Source: Chrysomallon squamiferum
Lineage: Eukaryota > Animalia > Mollusca
Reading direction: 5' to 3'
NCBI GenBank assembly: GCA_012295275.1
Contig: CM022673.1
Coordinates: 18,104,001 to 18,168,000, forward strand
Length of the DNA: 64,000 nt
Of this stretch, positions 44,745 through 58,948 are shown piece by piece (the stretch's first letter is position 1; each line of letters starts with the position of its first letter). The notes beneath the pieces are model-generated. The model was not told the origin of the DNA and did no database searches. It was given only the letters and a program-made list of their open reading frames with translations. A program made the position numbers and the translations under genes.

Positions 44745-45275
44745 ACATAGCAACAGTCTCAAAGGAATTACTTTCTTTTGTGTTAACAACATTTATCAGC
44801 GATGGATAAATAGTTTTCTCTTTAAATTATGTATTGTTACTTTTTTTTTGAGCGGAATACCCTTGAGTAACTCTACGACATATCAGGACAGTTTTCTAGA
44901 TTTTCGTTTGTTCTGAACCATTAGAGTATTTTCTTTCAATAGCTGGACTACTTCTTCGCAAGAAAGAATTCTAATCGTTGAATCTAAGAATTTTAATTTA
45001 CAGAGTAAAAAAAAACCCACAGCAACAGTCTCACAGGAATTACATGTTGTTTTGTGTTAACAACATGCTTGTAATCACTGATGGATAATTAGTTTTCTCG
45101 TGACATAAAATATGTAAACGCAGTTTCTATTCAATTATGTACTGTTGCTGTTGTTTTAGCGGAATACTCTTGGGTAAACTCTGAGACATATGAAAATTTT
45201 CCAGTTTTTCGTTTGTTTTGAACAACTAGAGCTGAAGTATTTCGTCACAAGAAAGAATTCTGATCGCTGTAAAGT
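44745..45275. repeat. Diverged direct duplication of about 260-270 bp
   Basis: agcaacagtctca.aggaattac ... agcggaatac ... caagaaagaattct at about 44749-44972 and again at about 45021-45260. Confidence 0.8.
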
Positions 45276-45948
45276 AAAAATTAAAAAATTCCCTGCCTCA
45301 TTTGAAGAAGACTCTTACTTAATGACGTACAGCGTCGTTGAAGAAAGAGTGAACACGTGGAAAGTCTTATTTCACTTGTTAAAGGATTTTAGCAATTCAG
45401 ATTACAGTATTAAATAAAAAAGGTAGGATAAATTGTTCTTTTTTTATCTATCATCATCTAGCTTTGTACCGCGATGTAAAACAGAGCGATATTTTTGTTT
45501 GTTTTGTTTTCTTGTTTTTTCAGAATTCTTATATTTATTTATTTACTTTTTGTTTCAAATAATGTATACATATATATATATAAAATTACATTTTGTATTT
45601 AAAGAAAAAAAATAAGAAAAGAAGAAGAACAAAACAAGCAAAAAACCAACCAGTGAGCTAGCTGAGTATTCGATATCTAGCCTAAGACTTGGTCAAACTT
45701 GCCGTGTAACAGTATGTGGTATGTGTTCCCTGTCTAATAAAAGAAACATCATAATTCACTGATGCTAATCGTTATCACACGTTGCATCAACATTTTATAA
45801 CGGAATCTTATAATAATTTTTCATATTAAATTATTTTGATATATTATATGTTCATTTGCTGATGCATTGACTTATTGATTCATTCTTTCTTCCAGAAAAG
45901 GACAAATTATCACTTATATGTAGAGGCTTATAACCTGTGTTTTTCATC

Positions 45949-48569
45949 ATGGTTCATAAGGAAACAAAATCGTCGTTGAAACTTGTCATTTTATCACTGT
46001 TTTTAATCACCTTCTTTACGTCAGCTTGTGAAGTTACTTGGTTCAAAAGCTTTCCCGGATATCACGTGACCAGTCACATCACCACCACAATTCCTTGCAC
46101 AAGTGACGTTTGTTCACTAATATACTGCGCTAAACAGTGTCTGAGTAGTCAATGTGTTTCCGTTAGTTACCGGTTTTCGGACAAAATGTGTTTGTTGCAT
46201 GACAGAGGAATATACTTGAAGGAGGTCACATTTCAGCTGTCTCCAGACTGGAAACATCTTTTACTGCAAAGAGGTAAAGTAATTTTTACTGCATCAGTGA
46301 ATGATTATAAATGGATGAACGAATCAGTCAGTCGGTCAAACTATAATTAAACAACATAAATAATGTAATTAATAGTTGTCATGGTACTATTATTATTATT
46401 ATTGTTGTTGTTGTTGTTGTTGATGCTGTTGTTGTCGTCATCGTAATCACATTCATCTTCATCCTCAGTGTCATTACTGGCAGTAGAATTAGTTGTAGTT
46501 ATCGTAGAAGTTGTTGTTGTTGACTGTGTTTTGTAGATTTCGTCTGGTTTGACAACGACTGGGTATTGATATTTCGCGCTAGAAGCGGAATTGGTCAGTC
46601 AGCGTATGACACGTGGGTCACTCTTGGAATTTACGACGACCACCCAGCGGTCAGGAACGACGTCCCAGTTGGGTGTTCCTCGGTGAATGCGTCAGAGTTC
46701 TGTGACAGACATTTCAGAAGTAAACTTATCGATGACTGGGATTCTTACAGAATTGACAAGGTAAAAGAGTTTTGTGTTAACAGATTTGGCGGGAGCCTGA
46801 AAGAAAAAGAAAGTATGAACACTGTATATTTAAACACGTACAACTTACTGATTTGATGCATATACACATTATTAATCACTTCAGCTGTAAAATTAAATTA
46901 CAGGTTTCCAAACAGTACTAGCCTTGGTTAATCTGGCGGATTCATGTATTCACACTGATGTGGGTTTCTTTAAATGTCTTCTCTCTACTTTTTGTGCGCA
47001 TGTCGTACTCCACTTTCTCTAGCTTCCATTTCTGTTCAAACTACTGGCTGCTGAGGTAATGTACAGAAAAAAGGGTTTTGCCCAGTCAGCGAGAGATTAT
47101 GATTTGATCAGTAGTATATATTTATTTGTTCACTAACGTGTCTCTGTCATGTTGTGGAGGGAAATATCCCTGGTATACCTTTAAAGATATATTATTTTTT
47201 AATTATCACTCGGTCTCAACAGAATACAAATTAGAAACAGTGACCTTTATTCTTCTCATGTGTATATTGATGATAAAATAGGAACGATGTTTTACTTTAA
47301 ATTCATTCTACGTGGTACCTGGACTTACGAGTGTCCTAACTTACGAGTTTTTCGAATTACGAGCAGTCACCCGGTCGATTTTTGGCTTTGAGTTTGGCAG
47401 TATGAGCGTAATACTTCTACGATATGTACCATATTGAAGCCGAAGGAGTCGATAAAGGCTGTATCTTCAGCCAAAGGCATTAAAATAATTGTTTGGTGTC
47501 CAAGATAAATACACTTACAAAACTGATTTATTTCTTTACATTCTCTTTTATTTTGTTTTTTGTAATTTAAAAACAGGTTACAAAAAAGTATATATATATA
47601 TTTTATTTTTTTGGAGGGCTAGAACGGATTAATAGTATTTCAGTTAATTTCAGTTGGGAAAATAACTGACACGACCGTCATGAACAGAGTGAATGTTTTA
47701 AATTTAATATGGCCAGGAGGTAACGAAATCAGATAGTGTTAACTGGTTTTCTTTTCATAAAATTGTTTTGCGCTTAGCCTGTGACTGTGGTGTTTCCGCG
47801 AGAATGAGTGTTCTGACAACGAAGAAAGGACTGAATCAACAGTTCATCACTGTTTTAACTGAATGTTTCATTCCTATCAGATTTTTATATATCAGGTTTT
47901 TAATCATTTGATTTATAGACGTGTATTCTGAAACAAGCCAATGTGCTAGATAACAGGAGAAAAAAAGAAAGTAAAAAAAAAAAAGAAAGAAGACAAAAAT
48001 AAAGACAAAATATATATATATTCTTTGACTTTTCCCTCGTGCCTCGTTACCACGGTACTACTCTTTCGCCATTCGATAAAGAAAATAAAAATAAAATAAC
48101 AATAAAAACCTCCCTGCCTAGCTGGAACAATTTTAAATGGGTATTTTTCTTTTATTTTATTTTTTTTTTTCCTTTACTTTTTTTTTTTAATATGTGATCT
48201 TAAATATATAAGACATAATTTAATAATGTCGAGTTCTGTCGTGAAAAGTTCATTCAAAGTTTTCTTTTAAAGGTGAAAATAGTTTTGTATGAAAAGGGTA
48301 CTGCGAAAGAGAGCATAATATTCAAAGGCAGATCATCGACGTCAACAACATGGTTTGCTGCAGCCCGTGTGATGTCGTCATCATGGACTGACATCCCTAG
48401 CAACGGACTTCAGTGGTTCTCTCAAAAAGGGTGAGCCAAGATCCTAAATACTTAGGATTCTGAAGATAGTAGATAGAACATATCTTCAGTCTCATTTTTA
48501 ACGACTGAAAGACAACTGAAAGACAGTGATGATGGCTTAGGGAATGCTCTAGAAACATAAACAGAAAGA

Positions 48570-48633
<64 letters not shown>

Positions 48634-49725
48634 CATAGAGATGATAGAGAGATGTTTCATAAACAGATATTTAGGCAACATCAAAGTATGTATATATTCC
48701 TTTAGGGATGATGAGATGTTTCATAAACAGATATTTAGGCAACATCAAAGTATGTATATATTCCTTTAGGGATGATGAGATGTTTCGGCGCTGGTTTGTC
48801 AATGAAGACTACAACGGCTGTGAAAACGACAACGGCTGGATGGCTGTGTTGGACAAAAACGTAAGCACATGTCCCTGGGAAGCTCCAGTGAAGGAGGGAT
48901 TTCCTGTTTTTCTGTATGCACCCAATCACAAGAAAACAGTCTGGTATTTAAAAGGTGTGTAGTAAAGTATCTTCACTCACGTTTCTTTTGAGCTTTTATG
49001 TCAAACAGTTTTAGTTTTGAATCAGCTCTTCTCAAATTTAAGAAACTCTGTCACATCTGAGAAAACATCTCCAGATTCCAAAATATGTAGTTACTTACAC
49101 AACTGTCATTCATTCAAGCAGAGAGGTACAGCATCCAAATAAAATAAGCTCATTTTCTGAATTATTTTTAAAAATCAAGGACAATTTTTAATTTTATATT
49201 GATACCAGACCTTAAAATTAACTGTAATTACAACCATAGTTTATCAGTCTGTGTATATGTGTGTATTTAGGAATGAATATTTTGCTGTCTTCTGTACGTT
49301 TGATTAGACTCTGCATAAAGAAAATATTAGGCAACGCACTGAAACAGGAGAACAGAGAGAGTCCAGTGACAACATCACAGACACTGGAATGTAGAGGAAC
49401 ATTCACCTACACTCCACCAAGACAATATTGTATGTGTGTATGTATGTATGTATTTGTGTATGTAAGTGTGTAAATATGAATGTATGAATGTAGTTTAGGA
49501 TTTTGAATATTCTCTGTCGTATGTACATCTGATTAGATTCTGCACATAGACGATATTCGGGAACGCACTGGCGCAGGAGGACAAAGTCCAATCACGACCT
49601 CACAAACCCCGTCAGATGGCGCTGACGAAACTCGAACGCATGTATCCATGCGCCCGCAGTCTGACCATGTTACAGTTCGGCCACTGAGACAACCATGCAT
49701 GTATATATGTGTGTGTGTGTGTGTT

Positions 49726-49771
<46 letters not shown>

Positions 49772-49950
49772 TGTATATATGTGTGTGTGTACCATGCATA
49801 TATATATGTGTGTGTGTGTGTGTGTGTATATATATGTGTGTGTACCATGCATGTATATATGTGTGTGTGTGTGTGTTTAAGTGTGTGTGTCAGTGTGTGT
49901 GTGTGTGTGTATGTGTGTGTATGTGTGTGTATGTGTGTGTATATATGTGT

Positions 49951-50020
<70 letters not shown>

Positions 50021-50115
50021 ATGTGTGTATGTATGTATGTATGTATGTGTGTGTATGTATGTATGTATATATGTATGTATGTATATATATGTATGTATGT
50101 ATGTATGTGTGTATG

Positions 50116-50149
<34 letters not shown>

Positions 50150-50357
50150 TAACGTGATATTATGACTAGAAAGTAAAACTACATGAACTTTAACAGGTTT
50201 CCTACATTGATATTAACAAATATTAGTCATCAATAGCAACCAGTTTATTTATGTTTACGTTTTATATTGTCTTGCAGCGATTTTGATCAAACTGATATTT
50301 GATATTTCAGAATGCGGAAAAGCAGACGTCATGGCAGTGTTTGTCAAGTTTTACTGA
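45949..50357 (+). CDS. Secreted PAN/Apple-domain protein with uncharacterised C-terminal domain (paralog B, about 312 aa)
   Basis: Exons 45949-46273, 46537-46760, 48273-48430, 48770-48954 and 50311-50357 (939 nt). Signal-like LVILSLFLITFFTSAC; same motifs and intron phases as paralog A. Confidence 0.85.
47310..47690. mobile_element. Tigger/pogo (Tc1-mariner)-derived non-autonomous element relic in paralog B intron 2
   Basis: Begins gtggtacctggacttacgagtgtcctaacttacgagtttttcgaattacgag (repeated TTACGAG subterminal motifs). The right part ctagaacggattaatagtatttc...gggaaaa resembles the subterminal block of this MITE type; right TIR eroded. Confidence 0.55.
48649..48786 (+). repeat. Exact 64 bp tandem duplication spanning a splice acceptor
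   Basis: GAGATGTTTC at 48649, 48713 and 48777; acceptor ttcctttag ends at both 48705 and 48769. Confidence 0.93.
49545..49694 (-). mobile_element. tRNA-derived SINE relic (copy 2)
   Basis: Minus strand GGTTGTCTCAGTGGCCGAACTG (A-box-like) ... GCGTTCGAGT (B-box-like) TTCGTCAGCGCCATCTGAC; no complete cloverleaf. Confidence 0.55.
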
Positions 50358-52792
50358 CTTACACAAAACTGCGACTTTTGACATATCAGTGTCCCGTTGC
50401 AGAACATAGAAAGAATTAAAATAGAAGTTTACCTTTGTTTACATGTTAAGACAATCTCACTAAATATTTAATCGGAAATGTGCCGAAATTGTAATGCAGT
50501 AAAAAATGCTAAATTCAGTTTAGAGATTTGATGTTAAACAGCAAACACATAATATATAATGTCTGTTCTTTCGATGGTCGATTTCTTAAATATTTCGTTA
50601 GCATTTGTGTTACGTTTAACTTTTATTAACTGTTATGTTGTTATGTTAATATTAGTACTTGTCCGTATGTGATGTGTTATTGTGTGTGATATGAAATGCT
50701 GACATAGATTGCTATGTGAAATGTATATTTATTGCTAGACGTTGGTGTTTGTATTGCCGTTTTCACGTTTACGATGAATAAATAATTTATATACTTATTC
50801 TCGGTAAATAATATTCATATTGAAAATGTAATTTATATTAAGTAATATTAATAGCATGATAATGATGCTGTGATAAATAATTCAAATACGTATTTTGATA
50901 AATCTGAAAAAATGTGGAAGATAGCAATGTGTATTTCACTAATGAAAGTCCTTTTTAAAAATACTTAATTTATGAGAAAAAGCAAACAAAAAACATAAAC
51001 AAGAAAAATAATTAGTCACTAATAAAAGATTCTTCATGATAAAAACGTAATATATATATATATATATTATTAATAAAATAACAACAACAACAATAAATAA
51101 ATAAATAAATAGATAAATAAATAAATAAAGAGAGAAAAATAAACAAAAAACAAAACAAACCCCACCAGAACCCAAACAAAAAGCCAAAAACCCCACCCCA
51201 AAACAAAACAAACAACAATGAACAACGAAAAACCCAACAGAAACAAAACAAAAACAAAACAACTACAACAACAACAGCAACAAACAAACAAACAACTTAA
51301 ACAACATCAAATGAATACGTATAATGTTGTTTGTTTTGTAGAGAAAACAAAAATATATTAATATCTACCAATACAGCTTAATGCTTATCATGCTTATATA
51401 ACACAAATGCACTCACGGTGTATTTTTTCGTTAGTAGTTGAAAAACACTGCAAATAGATAAACTGTTGTGTTTAAAGAAGACAGCACATCTTGCACTAAT
51501 AATAATGTTAATGCTGCTGCTGATACTACTACAACAACTACCAGTATTAATAATAATTTATAAAAAAAATCCACAAAACCATAAAATAAAATAGTAAATG
51601 AATAAATAAATAAAAAAAAAAAAAAAAAAAAAAAAAAAATAATAATAAAAAAATAAAAATAAACAAACAAACAAAAACAACAAACAATTTAAACATGAGT
51701 GGAATACGTATAATGTTGTTTGATTGTTTTGTAGAGAAAACTAAAATAAATCAATATCGATCAGTACAGCTTAATGCGTGTATTACAAGGATTACTCAAT
51801 AATCATTTTAAATATAAATCATTACAGACAAAGAAAAGCAGCAACCAGATTTCTCAAAGATTTGATTGTTTGAAAGCTTTTTGCTGATTTAGAAACAGCA
51901 CAAGTCAAGAATGAACGATACCAATCATTTTCGCAATATGTTGATTTGGTCAGGGATAAGTAAAATATTTTAAAACCTGTTCATGTGAAATCTTTTTAAT
52001 AATGTTTTAAACTAGTTCAATAATTATATGCAAAGTATATGTATCCAAATTTTACACATAAACTGACACTCACACACGCACGCACACATACCCTCATACA
52101 TACACAGAAACACATAGATATACATACAAACAGAAACACATAGATATACATACAAACACAAACACACACGTAGACACATATATATACGTCTATTGATACA
52201 AACAACAACAACAACACTAATAATAATAACAACAGTAATAAGACAAGAACAACTAGAACGACAACGACTACGACGACGGTAACAACAACAACATTAATAA
52301 TAATAAATAAATAATCGTTTAAACAAACTGAAAAGGTTTAAGATCAGTGATGAAGAAATCGATAATTCTTGTGTTAACGATAATGTATTAAACAAAGAGA
52401 AAACAAGTAACAAACAAACCAGAAACCATTTCACGTATGAAATTTTAGTGCGTGTATTCAGCGTTCAGTAAAATACATCTATAATGTATGACTGCAAATT
52501 GTCGCGGTACCGTCGTATTTGTCAAGCTTTAAGTAAACATCCCGCAATATTTTAAAATTAAATATCGTGTTTGAACTCAGTAAGCATATAGCAAAGGAAT
52601 TTTGGATGGCCCTTTCACAACAAACAAATTACATTTTTCAGTTAGTTTAAGGAGCACCCCCTAGAAACACCACCTCTAGATTTACTTTAAAATTCTGTGA
52701 TCATCTGGTTAATTTTTATATGCTAATTCAGACGTTTTGCCGCTCTCATATCAATTAAATCTCACTTAACTTTGTGTCCAATATTATTACAT

Positions 52793-52823
<31 letters not shown>

Positions 52824-52852
52824 TTACATTCTCTTACTGAACATAAATATTA

Positions 52853-53074
<222 letters not shown>

Positions 53075-54226
53075 TCACAATCTTAACAGAGGTGAGCACC
53101 TGCCCGGAAAATTCAAATGTCTGGAAATCGCAAATGTATGTATAGGCATTAACTCTAACATTTACCGAAACATTTTATATATATATATATCTGTGTGTGT
53201 GTGTGTGGGTGGGTGGGTGCATGTAAATACACATATATGGAGGTGGAAAGAAGATGTATAGACAGATACGGAGATAAATAGACACGTAGATAGCTGTATG
53301 GACAGACAGACAGAAAAACAAATATAACGACTGATTTTGATTACCATTAGCTGCTCACCTCACATCATATCACGTGATGCCATAAAAAGTAAAACAAATA
53401 CATGTTACCAATTTCATTTTATTTCCTGTTGCTCAAGTACAAAATTTACAACATAAACAATTGTGTATGGGGATCTCTACATTTCATTCAATAACAAAAT
53501 CATACATATAAAATAAGATTGTAAAAATGTATAAGTTAATGGCAGCAAATACATTGTTATATAGGTATGTGTGTGGTTAGGATGCGTGTATATTAACAAC
53601 AATAACAACTGCACGAAAGTAACTGATAAGAATTTAAATAGTAAAAGTGTCGTACCAGTCGACATGGAAAACATTTAACTGTATAAAAGGTAATGATGTG
53701 TATATTATATAAATTTAAATGATGATGCCATTTAATAACATTCAGAATCTCTAGTTTGAGTTTTGCAGAAACTTTGCTACTGTTGTTGTTTAAATTTTTA
53801 TAATAATTTTAGTACTGTTATTTGTTTCTTTTATAGTACTATTAATTAGATTTTTATATTAAATTTATTGCTTTTATTTAAATTTTGTAGGATCGTTAAA
53901 TAACTCCTTTAGATTTCAACAGTATCTTTAGTACTATTAATCACCTTTCATAGTGCGTTTAGCATTATTATTTAGAAGTTAATATATATATTAAAAAAAT
54001 AAAAAAATAAAAAAAAAAAAAAAAAATAAATAAAAACAATATTTATATTTTTGGACTTGAAATTAGATTTTAAAATAATTATTTGCAAATTTGATTCTCA
54101 TAACAATTGTTTGTTTGTTTTTATATATATATGTATATACATACACTGTTTCAGTCGGTGACCTTCATTTGTCTGGAGTCTATAAAAGTTTAATGCCAGA
54201 TGCTAGGTGACAACAAGTAACACGTA

Positions 54227-56900
54227 TCAGAGGTACTGACTGTATCCACTCTGTATGAGCCACGCCCTGACAACGGAGTAGTGTCTCTGTGTAAACTGTA
54301 TCTTCCTCTTCCCTGTTGTCATCGACTTTTCCGCCCCACTTCGAACTATAGTGTCATTGTACGACAGCAGAGACGACATCTGTAAATAACAACATCAGCA
54401 ACGATATGAACAACAACAGCAATGTTCATTATGAAAATGACGATAATTTTAGAACTTCAATTATATTTTTGTTTTTGCTTTTATCATTGTTTTTTTCCTG
54501 TAAACACAAGAGTTATATTTATAAAATAGAAATATATATACACAGATATTTGACGCACATAATATCTATGTACGTATATATATATATATTTACGCATGTG
54601 TGTATGTATGTATGCATGATTGTATGAATGTATGTATTTATGTATATATGAATGTATGTACGTATGTATGTAACCCAAACCCTAACTCAACTTCTACACC
54701 TAATCCTACTCAAGTCCCAACATTAATTCTTACACTAAAGCTACTTCCAACTGTGACCCTCAAGTTAGTATTGACATTATCATATCACTTGTAATAAATT
54801 TAAATAATCCTAACTCTAAGTCTAACCATAACCCTAACCCTAAACGTAACTCTAACCCTACCTAACCTTAACCCTAGCTCATCTTCTAAACCTAATCCTA
54901 CTCAAGTCCCCAACATTAATTCTTAACCTAACGCTACTTCCAATCGTTACCCTCAAATTATTTTGGACATTATCATAACACTGGTAATAACATTTAAATA
55001 ACCCTAACTCTAAGGATAGCCCTAGTCCTAACCCTAATCCTAACGCTAACCTTAACCCTAACCCTAACCCTAACCGAATCCGAAATTGTAAACCGAATCC
55101 TACGCAATTCCCAACATTAATTTTTACCCTAGCGCTACATCCAATCGTGACCCTCAGAATACTTTGGACATTATAATAACACTCATAACAATATTTAAGT
55201 AAACTTAGCTCTAAGCCTAACCCTAACCCAATCTGAAATTCTAAAACTAACATTAATTCTTACCCTAACGCTACTCCCAATCGTGACCCTCAAATTATTT
55301 TTGACATTCGTAATACAATTTAAATAACTGTAGCTCTAAGGCTAACCCTAACCCTAACCCTAACCCTAACCCTAGTTCAACTTATAAACCTAATCCTCAA
55401 ACTAATCCTACGCAAGTATCCAACATTAATTCTTACCATAACGCTACTTCCAATGGTGGCCATTAAATTACTTTTGACATTATCATAACACTCGTAACAA
55501 AATCTAAGTAACCCTAACACAATCACACATTTTAAACCTAATCCTACGCAAGTTCTGAAACTAAACCTACGCAAGTATCCCCAACATTAATTCTTACCAT
55601 AACGCTACTTCCAATGGTGGCCCTCAAATTACTTTTGACATCATCATAACACTCGTAACAAAATGTAAGTAACCCTAGCTCTAAGAGAACACTAACCCTA
55701 ACCCTAACCCTAGTTCAACTTATAAACCTAATCCGACTCATGTCCCAAGATTAATTCTCAACCTAACGCTACTCTAGTCGTGACCCTCAAATTATTTTGG
55801 ACATTATCATAACACTTGTAATAAAATTTAAATAACCTAACTCTAAGCTTAGACCTAACCCTGATGCTGACCCTAACCCAATCTGAAATTCTAAAACTAA
55901 TCGTACGCAAGTCCCTAACATTAAGTTTTACCATAACGCTACTCCCAATCGTGATCTTCAAATTATTTTTGACATAATCATAACACTCGTATTAAAAATT
56001 AAATAACCCTAGCTCTAACCCTAACCCTAACCCTAACACAGTATCAATGTCTCAAACTAATCCTACGCAAGACCCCAACATTAATTCTTACCCTAACGCT
56101 ACTTACAATCGTGATCCTCAAATTACTTTTGACATTATCATAACACTCGTAACAAAATCTAAGTAACTCGATCTCTAAGAGAACCCTAACAATAACCCGA
56201 ACCCAATATGAAATTCTAAACCGAATCCTACACAAACCCCCAACATTAATTTTTACCCTAACGCTACTTCCAATAGTGACCTTCAAATTATTTTTAACTG
56301 TCGTAAAAACATACATATACTGATACATATATACTACATATCATACCTACATATATACATACATTCTCATATGCATATATACATGCATACAAACATATAT
56401 ACATATATACATACACAGACAAACGTACATACAGAGGAATACGTACATACACAGATACTTACATACTCATACAAACAGACATACATACAGACAGAAAACG
56501 TACTAGATGTAGTTCTAGTGGTGTTGTAATGTAGGACGACATGGCTACCAACATGGCGGAGACGCCGTCACTCTTTAGTCTGAAACAGATCATAGACCAT
56601 TTTATATTTCTACAGTTTCTCGTTTAACCTGATGTAGAAAAAGATTAACAAATTAATCAATAAATAAACATTTATAAGAATACTCTCGTCTTCAAAATAA
56701 AAATAATAACTATGATTGTGTTGACGATGATGGTGATGATAATGATCATGATAATAGTAAATGTAATATAAGTAGCAACTAGTATCATAATGGTAGAGGC
56801 AGTAGTAGTAACAATGACGAAAATAATAATAACAATAGTACTATAACTACTACTACTACTATTACTATATAGTTATAGTAGTAGCAGCAGTTGCACTAGA

Positions 56901-56944
<44 letters not shown>

Positions 56945-58729
56945 TAGTAGTAACAGCAGTAGTAAAAAGAGGTTGTAGTTACAGTTTGGTGAACTGAGCT
57001 ATGTGGTTCACGACGAAGGCGATGGCGATGTCTCGACCCACGTGATTCTTAGTGACAAACGAAATAATCCATGTCACGTGTTTACGTTTAATCTCTGACG
57101 AATACAAACATGAGTACAGCAACCTGGAAAAACAAGCAGTAGAAATAGTGTTAGCAGTTGTATAATTAATAGTAACCTGGACCAAAAAAACCCCACAAAA
57201 AATCACATGTAGTAGGAATAGTAGCAGTATAAACAGTAGCCAAATGTAATTAACATGTAAGTGCTAGTAGTATTGAAGTCAGTAGTAGTAATCGTTTACA
57301 TAACAGTTGTAGCAGTATATAGAAGTAGTCGTCGTAGTATATACAAGTAGTTGCAGTAGTATACAGAAGTAGTTGCAGTACATATAGAAGTAGCATATGG
57401 AAGTAGTCGCAGTTGTATATTGAAAGAGTTGTAGCAGCATATAGAAATAGTTGCAGTAGTTTATATGAGGTGCAGCAGTATATATAAGTAGTTGAAGTAG
57501 TGTACATAAATAGTTGTAGTAGTATATAGCAATAGTTGTAGTACTATACAGAAATAGTTGTAGTAGTATATAGAAGTAGTTGTAGTACTAAACAGAAATA
57601 GTTGTAGTTGTATATAGAAGTAGTTGTAATACTATTCAGAAATAGTTGTAGTAGTATATAGAAGTAGTTGTAATACTATTCAGAAATAGTTGTAGTAGTA
57701 TATAGAAGTAGTTGTAGGAGTAGTAACACTAGTGGTAGCAGTAGTATCACTAGTGGTAGTAAAAGTAGAGGTCGTAGAAGGTGTATAAGAATTGATCACG
57801 TATAAATTAGTAGTATTAGTAGTCTGTAGAAATGGTAGTGGCTGTAGTAACACTAGTACTGTTACTACTTGCTGTAGTTGTAGTAGAAAGAGAAGTGGTT
57901 ATGAAAGTGATATTATGAAAGCGAAGTACTAATATTGTTGTTAGCAGTAGTGTTAATAATAATATTAGGAGTAATAATAGTATTAGTGGTACTAACAGAA
58001 GTAGTAATAGTAGAAGTAGTAGTGTAGTAGTCGTGGTGGAGTAGTAGTAGTAGAGGTAATAGAGTTGAAGTAATAGCAGTTGTAGTAGTAGTCATAATAG
58101 TAGTAGAGGTAGCAACTGCAGAGGTAATAAGAGTAATAGTTTTAGCAGTTGTGGTAGCAGTAGCAATAAGGGTTGTGTTGCTTTAGGATTAGTAATAGTA
58201 GTAGTATTAGTAGCAGAGGTAGCAATTGTAGTAGTAATAGTAGTAGTAATTGTAACATTAGCAGCAGGGATAGTAATAGTAGAGCTAGTAGTACTAGTAA
58301 TGGTAGCAGTAGTAGTAATTAAGATAGTGGTTGTAGTAGTGATAATAATAATAGTAATAGTAGTAGTAATCGTGGTAGTAATAAGAAGAAGGGATAGTAA
58401 TCGTAGTGGTGGGGGTAGTAGTATTAGCAGTAAGAATGTAGAAACAAAGAAGAGTTTAATATATTAAGTCTTCATGTTTGTATTACTGAAGACTAACATG
58501 TGTGTTATATCTGGGTGATAACAAAACAGTTTGTTTACTTTTGAAGAATCCACGGCTGGTTGGAGCAGGTTAAGGCGGCGGCCAGCTTGGACTGCAGTGT
58601 CCGGTCAGTGGTCGTCTTGTACTCGTTAAACACAAACAGCCATTCTTTGTACCCAAGATGCTTGACCCCCTGACACAAAACCATGTCCATCACGTTAGGA
58701 TTTATACTGAAATAACAACAACAACATCT

Positions 58730-58770
<41 letters not shown>

Positions 58771-58907
58771 AATAATAATAATAATAATAATAATCATAGT
58801 AGCAGCAGTAGTAGTAGTTTTAGTAGTAGTAGTAATAATAATAATAATAACAATATTAAAAATAATGATAATAATAAAAATAACAGCAGTACTACTATTA
58901 CTACTAT

Positions 58908-58948
<41 letters not shown>

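Noticed and set aside
49611-49694. Functional tRNA gene or hammerhead ribozyme
   Set aside because: No complete cloverleaf and no hammerhead core with paired helices; better explained as a SINE head.
51285-51780. Two similar blocks of about 100 bp (gaatacgtataatgttgttt...acagcttaatgc)
   Set aside because: Ordinary small local duplication in low-complexity intergenic DNA with no further structure.
54879-56328. LGLGLG / RVRVR ORFs
   Set aside because: Translations of the TTAGGG-containing satellite.
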